A stretch of 62,292 nt of DNA from Thermostichus sp. DRC_bins_24. GTDB lineage: Bacteria > Cyanobacteriota > Cyanobacteriia > Thermostichales > Thermostichaceae. The stretch is from the NCBI GenBank assembly GCA_039794845.1, contig JAUQVK010000004.1, positions 1-62,292 of the forward strand, given 5' to 3'. The notes under the pieces are model-generated. The model did not search any database, was not told where the DNA came from, and saw only the letters and a program-made list of their open reading frames with translations. A program made the translations under genes and the position numbers. Below are positions 18,694-28,626 of this stretch, piece after piece (within the stretch, counting starts at the first letter, position 1; every line of letters begins with the position of its first letter).

Positions 18694-20106
18694 TTATCCT
18701 CTGGCTTCCAGGCCAAACCCGGCATAGGGCTGTAGTGGCATGGTTACAGTGAAAGTGCTGCCCTTGCCCGGCGCGGATTCAACACTGATTTGCCCGCGCA
18801 TATTTTCCACAAGCGCTTTGGCAATCGTCAGGCCGAGGCCAATGCCCCCTTGCTGGCGGCTACGGCTGGTGGACACCGAGTGGAACCGCTCGAAAATCCG
18901 CGACTGCTGCTCCAAGGGAATGCCAATGCCCTGATCCTGCACTTGCAGGAAGGCTTGGTCGGCGGATCCCGCCAGGCGCAAGGTAATGGGGGCGCTGGGA
19001 TCCGAGTAGCGAATCGCATTGGAGATTAAGTTGAGCATCACCTGCTTGAGGCAATCCCCATCTGCCATCACCGTCAGAGGGGTGGGATGATTGTCCACCA
19101 CAATCGGGTTGGGACCCAGTTGTCGGGCCAGAGCGGCAATTTCTTCCAAGAACCCATCCAAACGCAAAGGTTGCAGTTGCAGGCGTGATACCCCTGCTTC
19201 TGCCCGTGCCAAATCCAGCAAATCCTTAAGCAGGCGCACCACCCGCTGGGTTTCTTCCAAAGCAAGGGTGAGATTTTCCCGCTGGTGATCCGTGAGGTTC
19301 TCCCCACGCCGCAGGGTGCTTTCCAGGTAGCCGTGCACGATCGCCAAAGGGGTCCGCAGCTCATGAGAAATGTTGCTGAGCAGTTGTTTTTCCTGATCCC
19401 AAGCTGCCGAAAGACGATTCAACATGCCATTAAAGGATTCGGCCAGTTGCGCGACTTCGGTGGGGGCGTTCTCCAAGATCAGACGGGCTTCCGGCAAGGT
19501 TTGGGGGGAGAGGGTGGCAGAAAGCTGGCTGATGCTGTGCAAAGGCTGTAGAGAGCGGCGGATAAACAGGGATCCCAGGAAGGCGATCAGGGTGGCGGTA
19601 GAAACCCCGGATAGCACCAGAGTGCGCAGAAAGGCCAGGTAAACTTCGTAGGAATCCGTCACATCCGTAACGGTGGTAACCTTCAACCCGTTGAAACGAT
19701 TGGGATCCAGCGGTTGTCGACAGAGAATGAAATAGAACTCCCGATCCCGCATTAATGTGGGTACTGCAGGGGGGGTAATCAACACTTCGGGTTGATTGGC
19801 AAAGTTCCGGGAGGTGGCCACAACCTCTCCATCGGGGGTGGTGACCTTAAACCAGCGATCGGAACGGGTGTATTTGTCGATGGCCCGTTGAAGGGCTTCG
19901 GCCTCGGGGTAAAACTCCCGGTAAGTAGCCACATCCTGCTGAAAGACCATCACCGTCATTTCGTGCCAACGGTTCGTCCGCACCAACAGGTCATACCGCA
20001 AACGATAGGTGGCGATCCCCCCTGTTGTTCCCAAAACCGCAAGGCAGGCCCCCATGGAAATCAATACCAGCCGATTCTGCAAAGACCGCCAGAGAGAGGA
20101 AAGCAC
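18694..20106 (-). CDS. Membrane sensor histidine kinase (HAMP-HisKA-HATPase; ManS-like)
   Basis: Two TMs, HAMP, SHELRTPL, NLISNAIRY, DQGIGI, GIGLGL, GKGSTF. Confidence 0.93.
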   Translation of the reverse strand: MLSSLWRSLQNRLVLISMGACLAVLGTTGGIATYRLRYDLLVRTNRWHEMTVMVFQQDVATYREFYPEAEALQRAIDKYTRSDRWFKVTTPDGEVVATSRNFANQPEVLITPPAVPTLMRDREFYFILCRQPLDPNRFNGLKVTTVTDVTDSYEVYLAFLRTLVLSGVSTATLIAFLGSLFIRRSLQPLHSISQLSATLSPQTLPEARLILENAPTEVAQLAESFNGMLNRLSAAWDQEKQLLSNISHELRTPLAIVHGYLESTLRRGENLTDHQRENLTLALEETQRVVRLLKDLLDLARAEAGVSRLQLQPLRLDGFLEEIAALARQLGPNPIVVDNHPTPLTVMADGDCLKQVMLNLISNAIRYSDPSAPITLRLAGSADQAFLQVQDQGIGIPLEQQSRIFERFHSVSTSRSRQQGGIGLGLTIAKALVENMRGQISVESAPGKGSTFTVTMPLQPYAGFGLEARG

Positions 20107-20338
20107 CCGGTTGCTCCACTGTGATTGATTTAATCTATCGATGGGGGCTGATGTTCATCTGAAACCCAGATGAGAATTGACTGAATGCTTTAAGAATTGG
20201 TGGCTCGATCTCTCGGCGCGCAGCCCAAACGCTAACAATCCCACCATAAGTCGGATCCCAGACATTCAAGAGTTTCTTACGATCGGGGGCCAGACAGATG
20301 GGCTAGTATCCGGGAGATGGTCGGATCCTGGATGCCCC

Positions 20339-22546
20339 ATGACCTACCCGCTGCACATCGCCATAATTTGGCACCAACACCAACCGCTTTACAAAAGTCC
20401 GGTGGCGGGAAAATATCGGATGCCCTGGGTGCGCCTACACGGGATCAAAGATTACCTCGATCTCGTTCTGTTGTTGGAGCGCTATCCTCGCCTGCACCAA
20501 ACCGTTAACCTGGTGCCTTCCCTGATCGTGCAAATCGAAGAGTACGTGGCGGGGTCGGCCTTTGATCCTTACCTGGAGTTGACCCTAACTCCTATCGAGA
20601 AGCTCAACACCGAACAGCTGCGCTTTGTGGTCGAGCGCTTCTTCGACAGCCACTACCCCCACATGATCGAGCCTTATCCCCGCTATCGACAGCTTTACGA
20701 TCAGCGGGAATCCCAGGGGGTGAACTGGTGTTTGCAGTATTGGAACTCCCAAGACTTCAACGATCTGCTCGCCTGGCATAACCTGTCTTGGTTTGATCCC
20801 TTGTTTCAGGAGGATCCGGAAATCGAGGGTTGGATCAAAATGGGATCCGGTTTCACCCTGGCGGATCGACAACGGATCTATGCCAAACAGCAGCAAATCC
20901 TCAGCGCCATCATCCCTCAACACGCCAAAATGCAGAGCAGCGGGCAACTGGAGCTGACCACCAGCCCCTATACCCACCCGATTTTGCCCCTGCTGGTGAG
21001 CGAACGTTCGGCTCGGGTGGCCCGTCCGGGGTTGCCCTTGCCCCGCTACAGCTTTCATTGGGAGCAGGATGTCCACACCCATCTGGAGCGAGGTAAGCAA
21101 GTCTACCGGGAGCGGTTTGGCCGGGATCCCCGTGGGCTGTGGCCTTCTGAACAATCCGTGAGTCCTGCGATTTTGCCCCCCATTCAGGAACATGGCTTCG
21201 ACTGGATTATCTCCGACGAAGGGGTTTTGGGCTGGAGCCTCGGGCAACCTTTCCACCGCGATGAACAGGGCCATATCCTCGAGCCGGATAAACTTTATCG
21301 CCCCTATCGCCTGGAAACCGAACTGGGGGAACTGGCCATCATCTTTCGGGATCACCGACTTTCCGACTTGATCGGCTTCAGCTACAGTGCCATGTCCGCC
21401 GATGCTGCCGCCAAAGATTTGATCGGGCACCTGGAGACGATTCGCAATCGCCTGCCGCAAGACCAACCCTGGCTGGTGACCATTGCTCTGGATGGAGAAA
21501 ATTGCTGGGAGTATTACCCCCAAGATGGCAGGCCCTTCCTGGAAAACCTCTACACCCGTCTCAGCCAGCACCCCTCTTTGCGCCTGGTGACGGTATCTGA
21601 GTTTTTGGATCAATTTCCTCCCACCGAGTTTTTGCCGGCAGAGCAGCTGCACAGCGGCTCCTGGATCGAGTCGGATTTCACCACTTGGATCGGGGATCCC
21701 GTCAAAAATCGTGCCTGGGAACTGTTGGCCCAAGCCCGCCAGGTTATTCAAGATCACCCCAAAGCCAACCCACAAGCCTGGGAAGCCCTTTGGGCCGCCG
21801 AGGGATCCGATTGGTTTTGGTGGTTTGGCATGGGCCATTCCTCCGCCCACGATGCCATCTTTGACCAGTTGTTTCGCGAACACCTCCAAGCCCTCTACAC
21901 CGCTCTGGGAGAAACGGTGCCGATGGTGTTGCACTTTCCCCTCGAAGATCACGACGGCCTCGGGGATCGCCTGCCACAGGGGTTCATTCACCCCACCATC
22001 AATGGCCGACCGGCGGAACGGGAATGGACCCAAGCAGGCCGGGTGGAGATCGGCGGGGCGAGGGGTACCATGCACCGCAACAGCACGGTTCGTCGCCTTT
22101 GGTACGGGTTTGACCACTTCAATTTCTACTTGCGGCTGGATTTTAGCTCCGCCATTCAGCGCCCCAAGCAACTGCAGGTGCTCTGCTTCTACCCAAACCG
22201 CACCACCATCAACAGCGCCATTCCCCTCCAGGCTTTGCCGAATGAGGCCCCTCTTAACTACCATTACCGCCATCTGTTGCAGTTGTTTCTGCCTCCTCCC
22301 AGCACCGGCCAACATCCCGTCGAGGTGTCGGCCAAGCTCTTAGAAGCGGGCGAGTACCACAGTTGGCATGCCATTGACCATCAAATTCAGGCAGCAGTGG
22401 ATACCTGTCTGGAGGTGGCGGTTCCCTGGAGCAATCTGGGCACACAGCCGGGGCAGGAAATGCAGTTCATCATCGTGGCGGCAGAACGGGACATGTTTCA
22501 GGAGGCGATCCCCCCCAAAGCCACCATTGCTCTGCGTATTCCCTGA
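20339..22546 (+). CDS. Glycoside hydrolase family 57 (amylopullulanase-like)
   Basis: WHQHQPLY, HPILPL, GLWPSEQ, ALDGENCWEYY, AEGSDWFWW. Confidence 0.93.
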   Translation: MTYPLHIAIIWHQHQPLYKSPVAGKYRMPWVRLHGIKDYLDLVLLLERYPRLHQTVNLVPSLIVQIEEYVAGSAFDPYLELTLTPIEKLNTEQLRFVVERFFDSHYPHMIEPYPRYRQLYDQRESQGVNWCLQYWNSQDFNDLLAWHNLSWFDPLFQEDPEIEGWIKMGSGFTLADRQRIYAKQQQILSAIIPQHAKMQSSGQLELTTSPYTHPILPLLVSERSARVARPGLPLPRYSFHWEQDVHTHLERGKQVYRERFGRDPRGLWPSEQSVSPAILPPIQEHGFDWIISDEGVLGWSLGQPFHRDEQGHILEPDKLYRPYRLETELGELAIIFRDHRLSDLIGFSYSAMSADAAAKDLIGHLETIRNRLPQDQPWLVTIALDGENCWEYYPQDGRPFLENLYTRLSQHPSLRLVTVSEFLDQFPPTEFLPAEQLHSGSWIESDFTTWIGDPVKNRAWELLAQARQVIQDHPKANPQAWEALWAAEGSDWFWWFGMGHSSAHDAIFDQLFREHLQALYTALGETVPMVLHFPLEDHDGLGDRLPQGFIHPTINGRPAEREWTQAGRVEIGGARGTMHRNSTVRRLWYGFDHFNFYLRLDFSSAIQRPKQLQVLCFYPNRTTINSAIPLQALPNEAPLNYHYRHLLQLFLPPPSTGQHPVEVSAKLLEAGEYHSWHAIDHQIQAAVDTCLEVAVPWSNLGTQPGQEMQFIIVAAERDMFQEAIPPKATIALRIP

Positions 22547-22573
22547 GCCTGTTTTTCCCCTAGGATCCCTGGC

Positions 22574-23524
22574 ATGTTGCGCGATCTCTACCCTCCGATC
22601 CAGCCCTACAATCAGGGCATGTTGGCGGTTTCCCCACTGCACACCCTGTACTACGAGCAATGCGGGGATCCTGCGGGTAAGCCGGTGGTTTTTCTGCATG
22701 GGGGGCCGGGGGGCGGCATCGACCCTATGTATCGACAGTATTTCGATCCGCAGCGCTGGCGGGTGGTGTTGTTCGATCAACGCGGATGTGGGCAAAGTCG
22801 TCCCTACGCAGAACTGCAGGAAAATACCACCTGGGATTTGGTGGCGGATATCGAAGCGTTGCGCCGGCACCTCCACATCGATCGCTGGGTGGTGTTTGGG
22901 GGCAGTTGGGGCAGCACCCTCGCTCTCGCCTACAGCCAAACCCATCCAGAAGCCTGTCTGGGGTTGATCTTACGGGGCATTTTTTTGCTGCGTTCCTTTG
23001 AGATCCGCTGGTTTTATCAATCGGGAGCCAGCCACCTCTTCCCAGAGGCCTGGCAGCATTACCTGGCGCCGATCCCTCCCGAAGAACGGGACGACCTCTT
23101 GGGGGCCTACCATCGTCGCTTGACCCACCCAGATCGAGAGGTACGCTTGCAGGCGGCGCGGGCTTGGGCCATCTGGGAGGCCAGCACCAGCAAGTTGATC
23201 CCCAGCCCCGATTTGATCGAACGGTTCGGACGGGGGGAATTTGCCGAGGCCTTTGCCCGTATCGAGTGTCACTACTTCGTCAATCGCGGTTTTCTGGATC
23301 CCGAAGATCAGTTGCTCAGGGGTGTGGAGCGGATCCGCCATCTGCCGGGGGTGATTGTGCAAGGCCGGTATGATGTGGTCTGCCCACCCCTTTCGGCCTG
23401 GGAATTGCATCAAGCCTGGCCGGAAGCCGAGTTTCAGGTGATCCCGGATGCGGGCCACTCCATGACCGAACCCGGGATCCGCTCCGCCCTGATCGAAGCC
23501 ACCGACCGATTTGCCCACCTCTAA
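22574..23524 (+). CDS. pip: Prolyl aminopeptidase
   Basis: HGGPG, DQRGCG, GGSWGS, GRYD, AGH. Confidence 0.96.
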   Translation: MLRDLYPPIQPYNQGMLAVSPLHTLYYEQCGDPAGKPVVFLHGGPGGGIDPMYRQYFDPQRWRVVLFDQRGCGQSRPYAELQENTTWDLVADIEALRRHLHIDRWVVFGGSWGSTLALAYSQTHPEACLGLILRGIFLLRSFEIRWFYQSGASHLFPEAWQHYLAPIPPEERDDLLGAYHRRLTHPDREVRLQAARAWAIWEASTSKLIPSPDLIERFGRGEFAEAFARIECHYFVNRGFLDPEDQLLRGVERIRHLPGVIVQGRYDVVCPPLSAWELHQAWPEAEFQVIPDAGHSMTEPGIRSALIEATDRFAHL

Positions 23525-23837
23525 GCCGTTGCACCCGTCAATGTAGAGGGGGATCCAGAGATTCGGCTTTGGACGGATGAAGAACTTGAAGAATAATAAC
23601 GGGAATGCCGGCAAAAACCTGGGATCCAGTCCAGAAGCACGGCCAAGCCTATCGACAGTTACGGATTTTGGGTTTATCACTGAGGGAAGGGTGGCGCTAA
23701 CTGCCCTGACCATGGCTTCCGCCGTTTACATCTGGTGCATCTCCGGTGCATCTTTCGATGCATCTTTACCTAGGCGTTTCGCGGATCCGGACTCATCGTT
23801 TTTGTTTCTTTTTCTTCGCCGTTTCCAGGGTCAAACC

Positions 23838-24380
23838 ATGCAGAAACCAACCCATCTGTTCAAGCTTGCCCTTGCTCTGCCCGCCTCCTTTTTGCTGGCA
23901 GATGCAGTTGTGGCTTACCCCTGCGACTCGGTTGGGGGTGAAGTTTACAACTTTCACAGTCCCACGGTTCAGGTTAGCAGCAACGGTGCCAACAGCTTCA
24001 CGGTTCAGGTGGTACCTGCTTCCTCTACCCATGCCAATGGCTTTATTGGCGTCGCCATCGAAGCGGTGGATGGCCAGCAGGCCCAAAGCGCTATCGGTCG
24101 TCGTTTGTTCGGTTCTGCTCCCCAGGTTCAAGGGGTACAGGTGGTGGGTCTACTCAATGATGGCCCGGCCCAACTGGCCGGCTTGGCCCAAGGCGACATT
24201 TTGATCGGGGTGGATGGACAGCGGGTTACCTCTGTGCAGCATGTGCAGCAAATTATCCAAAACACTCCGGTGGGCCAATCGGTGCCGATTACCTTTCGCC
24301 GTGGCGGGCGCGTGCTGTCTACCGTAGTGGCGGTGGGAGATGGCCGGGTGTTGCGCCCCTTGATGTTGCAGCAGCAGTAA
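23838..24380 (+). CDS. Secreted PDZ-domain protein
   Basis: Signal peptide from ATG 23838; GFIGV...GPAQLAGLAQGDILIGVDG PDZ signature. Confidence 0.85.
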   Translation: MQKPTHLFKLALALPASFLLADAVVAYPCDSVGGEVYNFHSPTVQVSSNGANSFTVQVVPASSTHANGFIGVAIEAVDGQQAQSAIGRRLFGSAPQVQGVQVVGLLNDGPAQLAGLAQGDILIGVDGQRVTSVQHVQQIIQNTPVGQSVPITFRRGGRVLSTVVAVGDGRVLRPLMLQQQ

Positions 24381-24422
24381 GCCGGAGGATCCCTCTCTCT
24401 TTCGGGATCCCTTTCTCAACCC

Positions 24423-24734
24423 GTGGTGGCTACTGACTTAAGATCAGAGTGGGCGGTCTGGGCAGTGTGCGGCCTAAACTGTCTATTGTTTTTCGTCCTC
24501 ATCGCCCTTGTGCCTACAATTCGAGGCCTGAGGTCGGCCCTGCTGGTTACGGCTCGCTCCATGAATGAGTGGAGTGAGGCGGCTCAACAGGCTCTGGCTC
24601 CGACCCCGGCTGAGCTGCTGCGCCTCAGGAAGAATTTGCAAGAGAATCGGGCCACCCTTACCCGTTGGCAGCGACGGCTTCAGTTCTGGCAGGGGGTTCG
24701 CGGGGTGGTCTTTTGGTTGAGGCGCAGAGTTTGA
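24423..24734 (+). CDS. Hypothetical membrane protein
   Basis: N-terminal TM helix and coiled segment; fills the gap between co-oriented genes. Confidence 0.6.
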   Translation: MVATDLRSEWAVWAVCGLNCLLFFVLIALVPTIRGLRSALLVTARSMNEWSEAAQQALAPTPAELLRLRKNLQENRATLTRWQRRLQFWQGVRGVVFWLRRRV

Positions 24735-24745
24735 GGAAAGGGGGC

Positions 24746-26323
24746 ATGGAAGACAGTGGCCTTCTGGCCTACCCGATCCGGTTGCAGGTGATGGCCAACG
24801 CCCTGGCGGGGATTGCCGAAGAGATGGGGGCACGTTTAATTCGCGGCTCCTACTCCGCCAACATCAAAGAGCGTCGCGATTGCTCTACGGCCCTTTTTGA
24901 TGCCCAAGGGGCTTGTATTGCGCAGGCTGCCCATATTCCGGTGCATTTGGGGGCGCTCTCGGAAGCAGTACGGGTGGTGATCGCTGCTGGTCCCCGGCCA
25001 GGAGAGGTGTTCGTCCTGAATGATCCCTATCAAGGGGGATCCCATTTGCCGGACTTGACGATGGTGACGGCCATTCCCGCTCTGGGGGATGCCACCGCCA
25101 TTGCTGCTTATGCTGTCAACCGCGCCCATCACGCTGATGTGGGGGGGATGCGCCCCGGCTCGATGCCCGCCGATTCCACGGATATTTGGCAGGAGGGGTT
25201 GGTGATTCCGCCCGTGCGGCTGGCTTGTTTACATCCAGGGGGTGAGCTGCACTGGAATGACGATCTGCTGCGCCTGATCTTGGCCAATGTACGCAACGCC
25301 CAACAGCGCCGAGGGGACTTGCAGGCGCAGGTGGGGGCTAACGCCATTGGGGTACGCCGCTTCCGGGAGCTACTGGCTCAGTTTGGAGAGGAGGAAGCTT
25401 GGCGGTTGATCACCGGGGTGATCGACCACAGCCGCGAGCGCATGCGGGCACGCATTCGGGCTCTGCCAGATGGAGTCTACACAGCGGTCGATCAATTGGA
25501 AGGATACGGGGATCCCCCAGAGCCGATCTGGATTCGCGCCCAAGTTGAGGTAAGAGGAGACAGCCTGCGGGTGGATTTTTCCGGCACCGATGGGGCCGTT
25601 GCCGGCAACTTGAATGCCCCCTTGGCGGTGACCCGTTCGGCGGTGCTGTTTGCTTTGCGCTGTTTGCTGGATCCGATGGCCCCTAGCAATGCGGGGTTGG
25701 AAACGCCAATTGAGATCGTGGCTCCCTTGGGCTGCCTGGTAAATGCCGAGTTTCCGGCGGCGGTGGTGGCGGGCAATGTGGAGACCTCCCAACGCATCGC
25801 CGACCTGATCTTGCACGCCTTGGCCCCCGTGGCGGGATCCCTGAGCATTGCCCAAGGGCAGGGCACCATGAACAACTGTGTGCTGGGCAATCGCCACTTC
25901 ACCTACTACGAGACCCTAGGAGGCGGGCAGGGTGCCAGTTCCCAGCGGCCCGGCCCCGACGGGATCCACGTCGGCATGAGCAACACCCTGAATACCCCCA
26001 TCGAAGCCCTGGAGCTGGAGTATCCCCTGCAGGTGATCCGCTACGAGCTGCGCTCAGGCTCCGGCGGCCATGGCCGACAGCGGGGAGGCTGGGGACTGAT
26101 CCGTTCCCTGCGGGTGTTGGAAGACTGCACCCTCTCTCTGCTCACGGACCGACGCCATCACGCCCCTCAAGGGGAACTGGGGGGTGGCCCCGGACAGGTG
26201 GGGATCAACCAGCGGAACGGGGATCCCTTGCCCAGCAAGATCAGCCGCCCCTTAAAAGCAGGCGATGTGATCACGTTGCACACCCCCGGCGGCGGGGCTT
26301 GGGGATCTGGGGATCCGGCTTAA
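24746..26323 (+). CDS. Hydantoinase B/oxoprolinase family protein
   Basis: SANIKERRDCS, HIPVHLG, NDPYQGGSHLPD, HHADVGG, GNVETSQR, TPGGGAWG. Confidence 0.93.
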   Translation: MEDSGLLAYPIRLQVMANALAGIAEEMGARLIRGSYSANIKERRDCSTALFDAQGACIAQAAHIPVHLGALSEAVRVVIAAGPRPGEVFVLNDPYQGGSHLPDLTMVTAIPALGDATAIAAYAVNRAHHADVGGMRPGSMPADSTDIWQEGLVIPPVRLACLHPGGELHWNDDLLRLILANVRNAQQRRGDLQAQVGANAIGVRRFRELLAQFGEEEAWRLITGVIDHSRERMRARIRALPDGVYTAVDQLEGYGDPPEPIWIRAQVEVRGDSLRVDFSGTDGAVAGNLNAPLAVTRSAVLFALRCLLDPMAPSNAGLETPIEIVAPLGCLVNAEFPAAVVAGNVETSQRIADLILHALAPVAGSLSIAQGQGTMNNCVLGNRHFTYYETLGGGQGASSQRPGPDGIHVGMSNTLNTPIEALELEYPLQVIRYELRSGSGGHGRQRGGWGLIRSLRVLEDCTLSLLTDRRHHAPQGELGGGPGQVGINQRNGDPLPSKISRPLKAGDVITLHTPGGGAWGSGDPA

Positions 26324-26676
26324 CGGGCTCCCGAACTCAAACAGCGTAGGTGGGTGAAAAACAACTGCTCGCAGCGATGGATCACCTCATCCCGGCTGGC
26401 AAAGTGCTCCAGCCTTTGCACTTCTTGACCCTTCTCAAACAAGATCAACGTGGGCAAAGACCGTACCTGATAGCGGCGAGACAGCAAGAAATTCTCGTCG
26501 ACATTCACCCGCAGCACCTTAACTGCACCCTCCCACTCCGCCGAGAGGCGGTCGGTAATCGGCTGGATGAACCGGCACAACCCACACCATGGAGCGCCAA
26601 AATCCACCAAAACCAACCCAGTGCTTGTCAAAAGTTCTTGATTAAAAGTATCCAATGCGACTTGCAAGATCGCCAC
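26320..26676 (-). CDS. trxC: Atypical cyanobacterial thioredoxin TrxC
   Basis: WCGLC active site; downstream of an NnrU-family gene; probable GTG start at 26676. Confidence 0.8.
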   Translation of the reverse strand: MAILQVALDTFNQELLTSTGLVLVDFGAPWCGLCRFIQPITDRLSAEWEGAVKVLRVNVDENFLLSRRYQVRSLPTLILFEKGQEVQRLEHFASRDEVIHRCEQLFFTHLRCLSSGAR

Positions 26677-26707
26677 TCCCAAACTAAAGAAGTTCTTTGG
26701 GATCATG

Positions 26708-27448
26708 CTACCAGGCAACTCGACTGGCTGCGGACACCATTTGTGTATGGAAAGCGTAAAGAATCAATACAAAGCTGAACACACCCAGATAGGCCCAGCG
26801 AAAAAATTCTCGTGGGCGCAGCTGCTGCCGCTTTTGCAGAATCGCCAAGCCGGGGATCACGGAGGTGCGGGCCTTCAGCTCCCGGAAGGATTGGCCGTAT
26901 TTGCGCTCCAGACGGTGATCCCCGTGCCAGACCGCAAACAGGTGATAGGCAATCAACCCCACCGAGGCCACCACCATAAAGCTCGAGCCAATCCAAAGGG
27001 AATGAGCCACACACCAAATCACCTGGCCGACCATTTGTGGGTGGCGGGTGATGCGGGTAATCCCGGTCTCAAACAGATGAATTTCCGGTTTTTGAATGGC
27101 GGCAATTTCCAACAAATTAAAGGTGGCCGGATACAGAAAGAAAAACGAGAGCGCCGACAGGATCACCACGGTGGTGTGGATCCCGGGAAGCGCCTGCAGA
27201 TTCCACAGGATGACGCCGTCGTAGCGATGGTTAAAAAAGTAGATCAACAACAACGGCACCAAGCTGAGGCTCACGAGGGCAAAAAAGACCCGGTAAAGTC
27301 GGGCTCCCACCCAGGCTTCCCCCCAAGGGCGCAGGTAGGCCAAGCCGCTGTGGGCGCAGGCAAACCCCAGGATCAGGGCCAACATCGTCCAATGGGATCC
27401 ATAGGTGGCCAACCCCTGCAGGAGGTTGCTGACTGATGTGAGCTGCAT
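26708..27448 (-). CDS. NnrU family membrane protein (Z-ISO, zeta-carotene isomerase-like)
   Basis: HSGLA, NHRYDG, YPATFNLLEIAA, TGITRITRHPQ, HGDHRL. Confidence 0.9.
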   Translation of the reverse strand: MQLTSVSNLLQGLATYGSHWTMLALILGFACAHSGLAYLRPWGEAWVGARLYRVFFALVSLSLVPLLLIYFFNHRYDGVILWNLQALPGIHTTVVILSALSFFFLYPATFNLLEIAAIQKPEIHLFETGITRITRHPQMVGQVIWCVAHSLWIGSSFMVVASVGLIAYHLFAVWHGDHRLERKYGQSFRELKARTSVIPGLAILQKRQQLRPREFFRWAYLGVFSFVLILYAFHTQMVSAASRVAW

Positions 27449-27515
27449 CTTATGGGTTACTCCTTTTCCGTCGCCGCCTGTCTTATGCTTAAAGATAAGT
27501 TACATTGGGCTTTCC

Positions 27516-27917
27516 ATGCTTAAATCCTTGTTTCTGCGCCTTGTCGGCCTGCTCTTATCCGTAACGCTTTTTCTGGGCTGGGTGAGCCCAGAGGCCCAAG
27601 CGGCCCGCCTCACGGGCAAGTATTATGAAGATGGCATGACCATGATCCAAACCCTGCGCACGGTGCTCTCCGAAGGGGATCCCCTCATGAACCCGGAGGA
27701 GGCGCGGGCAGAGGCCATGGAGGCGATTCAAGAATTTTCTGGGCGTTACCACGGCCAACGCTACGACAAGCTGCAATCGTTTACCACACTGCGCACGGTG
27801 TTCAATACCTTGGCCTCCCAGTACCGCATGTCCAATCGGCCTCTCAAACCCGAGCAGGTGGAGCGGGTGTTGATGCAGTTGGATCGGGCGGAAGTGGCCC
27901 TGCGCCGGGAAGGCTAA
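27516..27917 (+). CDS. psb27: Photosystem II assembly protein Psb27
   Basis: LTGKY..D, SFTTLRTVFNTLASQY, NRPL, AEVALRRE. Confidence 0.85.
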   Translation: MLKSLFLRLVGLLLSVTLFLGWVSPEAQAARLTGKYYEDGMTMIQTLRTVLSEGDPLMNPEEARAEAMEAIQEFSGRYHGQRYDKLQSFTTLRTVFNTLASQYRMSNRPLKPEQVERVLMQLDRAEVALRREG

Positions 27918-28113
27918 GGTTCTCAAAACTTCCCGATCGGATCGAGATCACAGCCAGGCTTCCCCCGTTGACGCCAGGCTATTCCCAGTTGAGGGAACTC
28001 AGGAACTTCTTAGGTCCTCCTCAGATCTCCTCAAGCTTCCCATTCGAAAGTAAGGAGGGAGAGCCGAGAGTAGGGCGAGGTGCTCCTGTTTTCGGCAGAT
28101 TTGGGAGGTTGTT

Positions 28114-28614
28114 ATGGGCAAAAAACCTTGGATCTTGTCCTTGTCGCTGCTAATGCTTGGGAGTGGGGCTGTTGTCCTTCGGCAAATTCAGCCCCCACCC
28201 GCTCAAGCACAGGCTGTTACCGCTACCCAGGGATCCCTAGGGCCCTTTTTTGAGACGGATGGGTTGGCTCTGCGCGGCTATGATCCGGTGGCCTATTTCA
28301 TCGAGGCCAAGCCCGTGCAGGGATCCCTAGAGCATGAATGGGAATGGGGCGGGGTGACCTGGAGGTTTGCCCATGCCGACAATTTGGAACGGTTCCAAAA
28401 CAACCCAGAGCGCTTTGCGCCCCAGTACGGCGGGTTTTGTGCCTGGGCGGTGGCCAACAATTACCTGTACCCGGTGGATCCCTTCGCCTGGAAAATTGTA
28501 GACGACAAGCTGTATTTGAATGCCAACCAGCGGGTACAGCGTAACTGGGAGCGGGACATTCCTGGGTTTATCGAAAAAGCCGATCTCAACTGGCCGGGGC
28601 TGCGAATTCCATAG
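28114..28614 (+). CDS. YHS-domain secreted protein
   Basis: Signal peptide; GYDPVAYF, PQYGGFCAWAV, WKIVDDKLYLN, ADLNWP. Confidence 0.9.
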   Translation: MGKKPWILSLSLLMLGSGAVVLRQIQPPPAQAQAVTATQGSLGPFFETDGLALRGYDPVAYFIEAKPVQGSLEHEWEWGGVTWRFAHADNLERFQNNPERFAPQYGGFCAWAVANNYLYPVDPFAWKIVDDKLYLNANQRVQRNWERDIPGFIEKADLNWPGLRIP

Positions 28615-28626
28615 CCCCAAACGGCT

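Noticed and set aside
20585..22315. Long antisense ORFs (576 aa here; also 48594-50015, 10247-11275 and 58825-59739)
   Set aside because: Shadow frames opposite well-supported genes, expected in GC-rich DNA.
27953..27992. Imperfect ~20-bp direct repeat (GCCAGGCT...GTTGA) after psb27
   Set aside because: Two degenerate copies only, with no supporting context.
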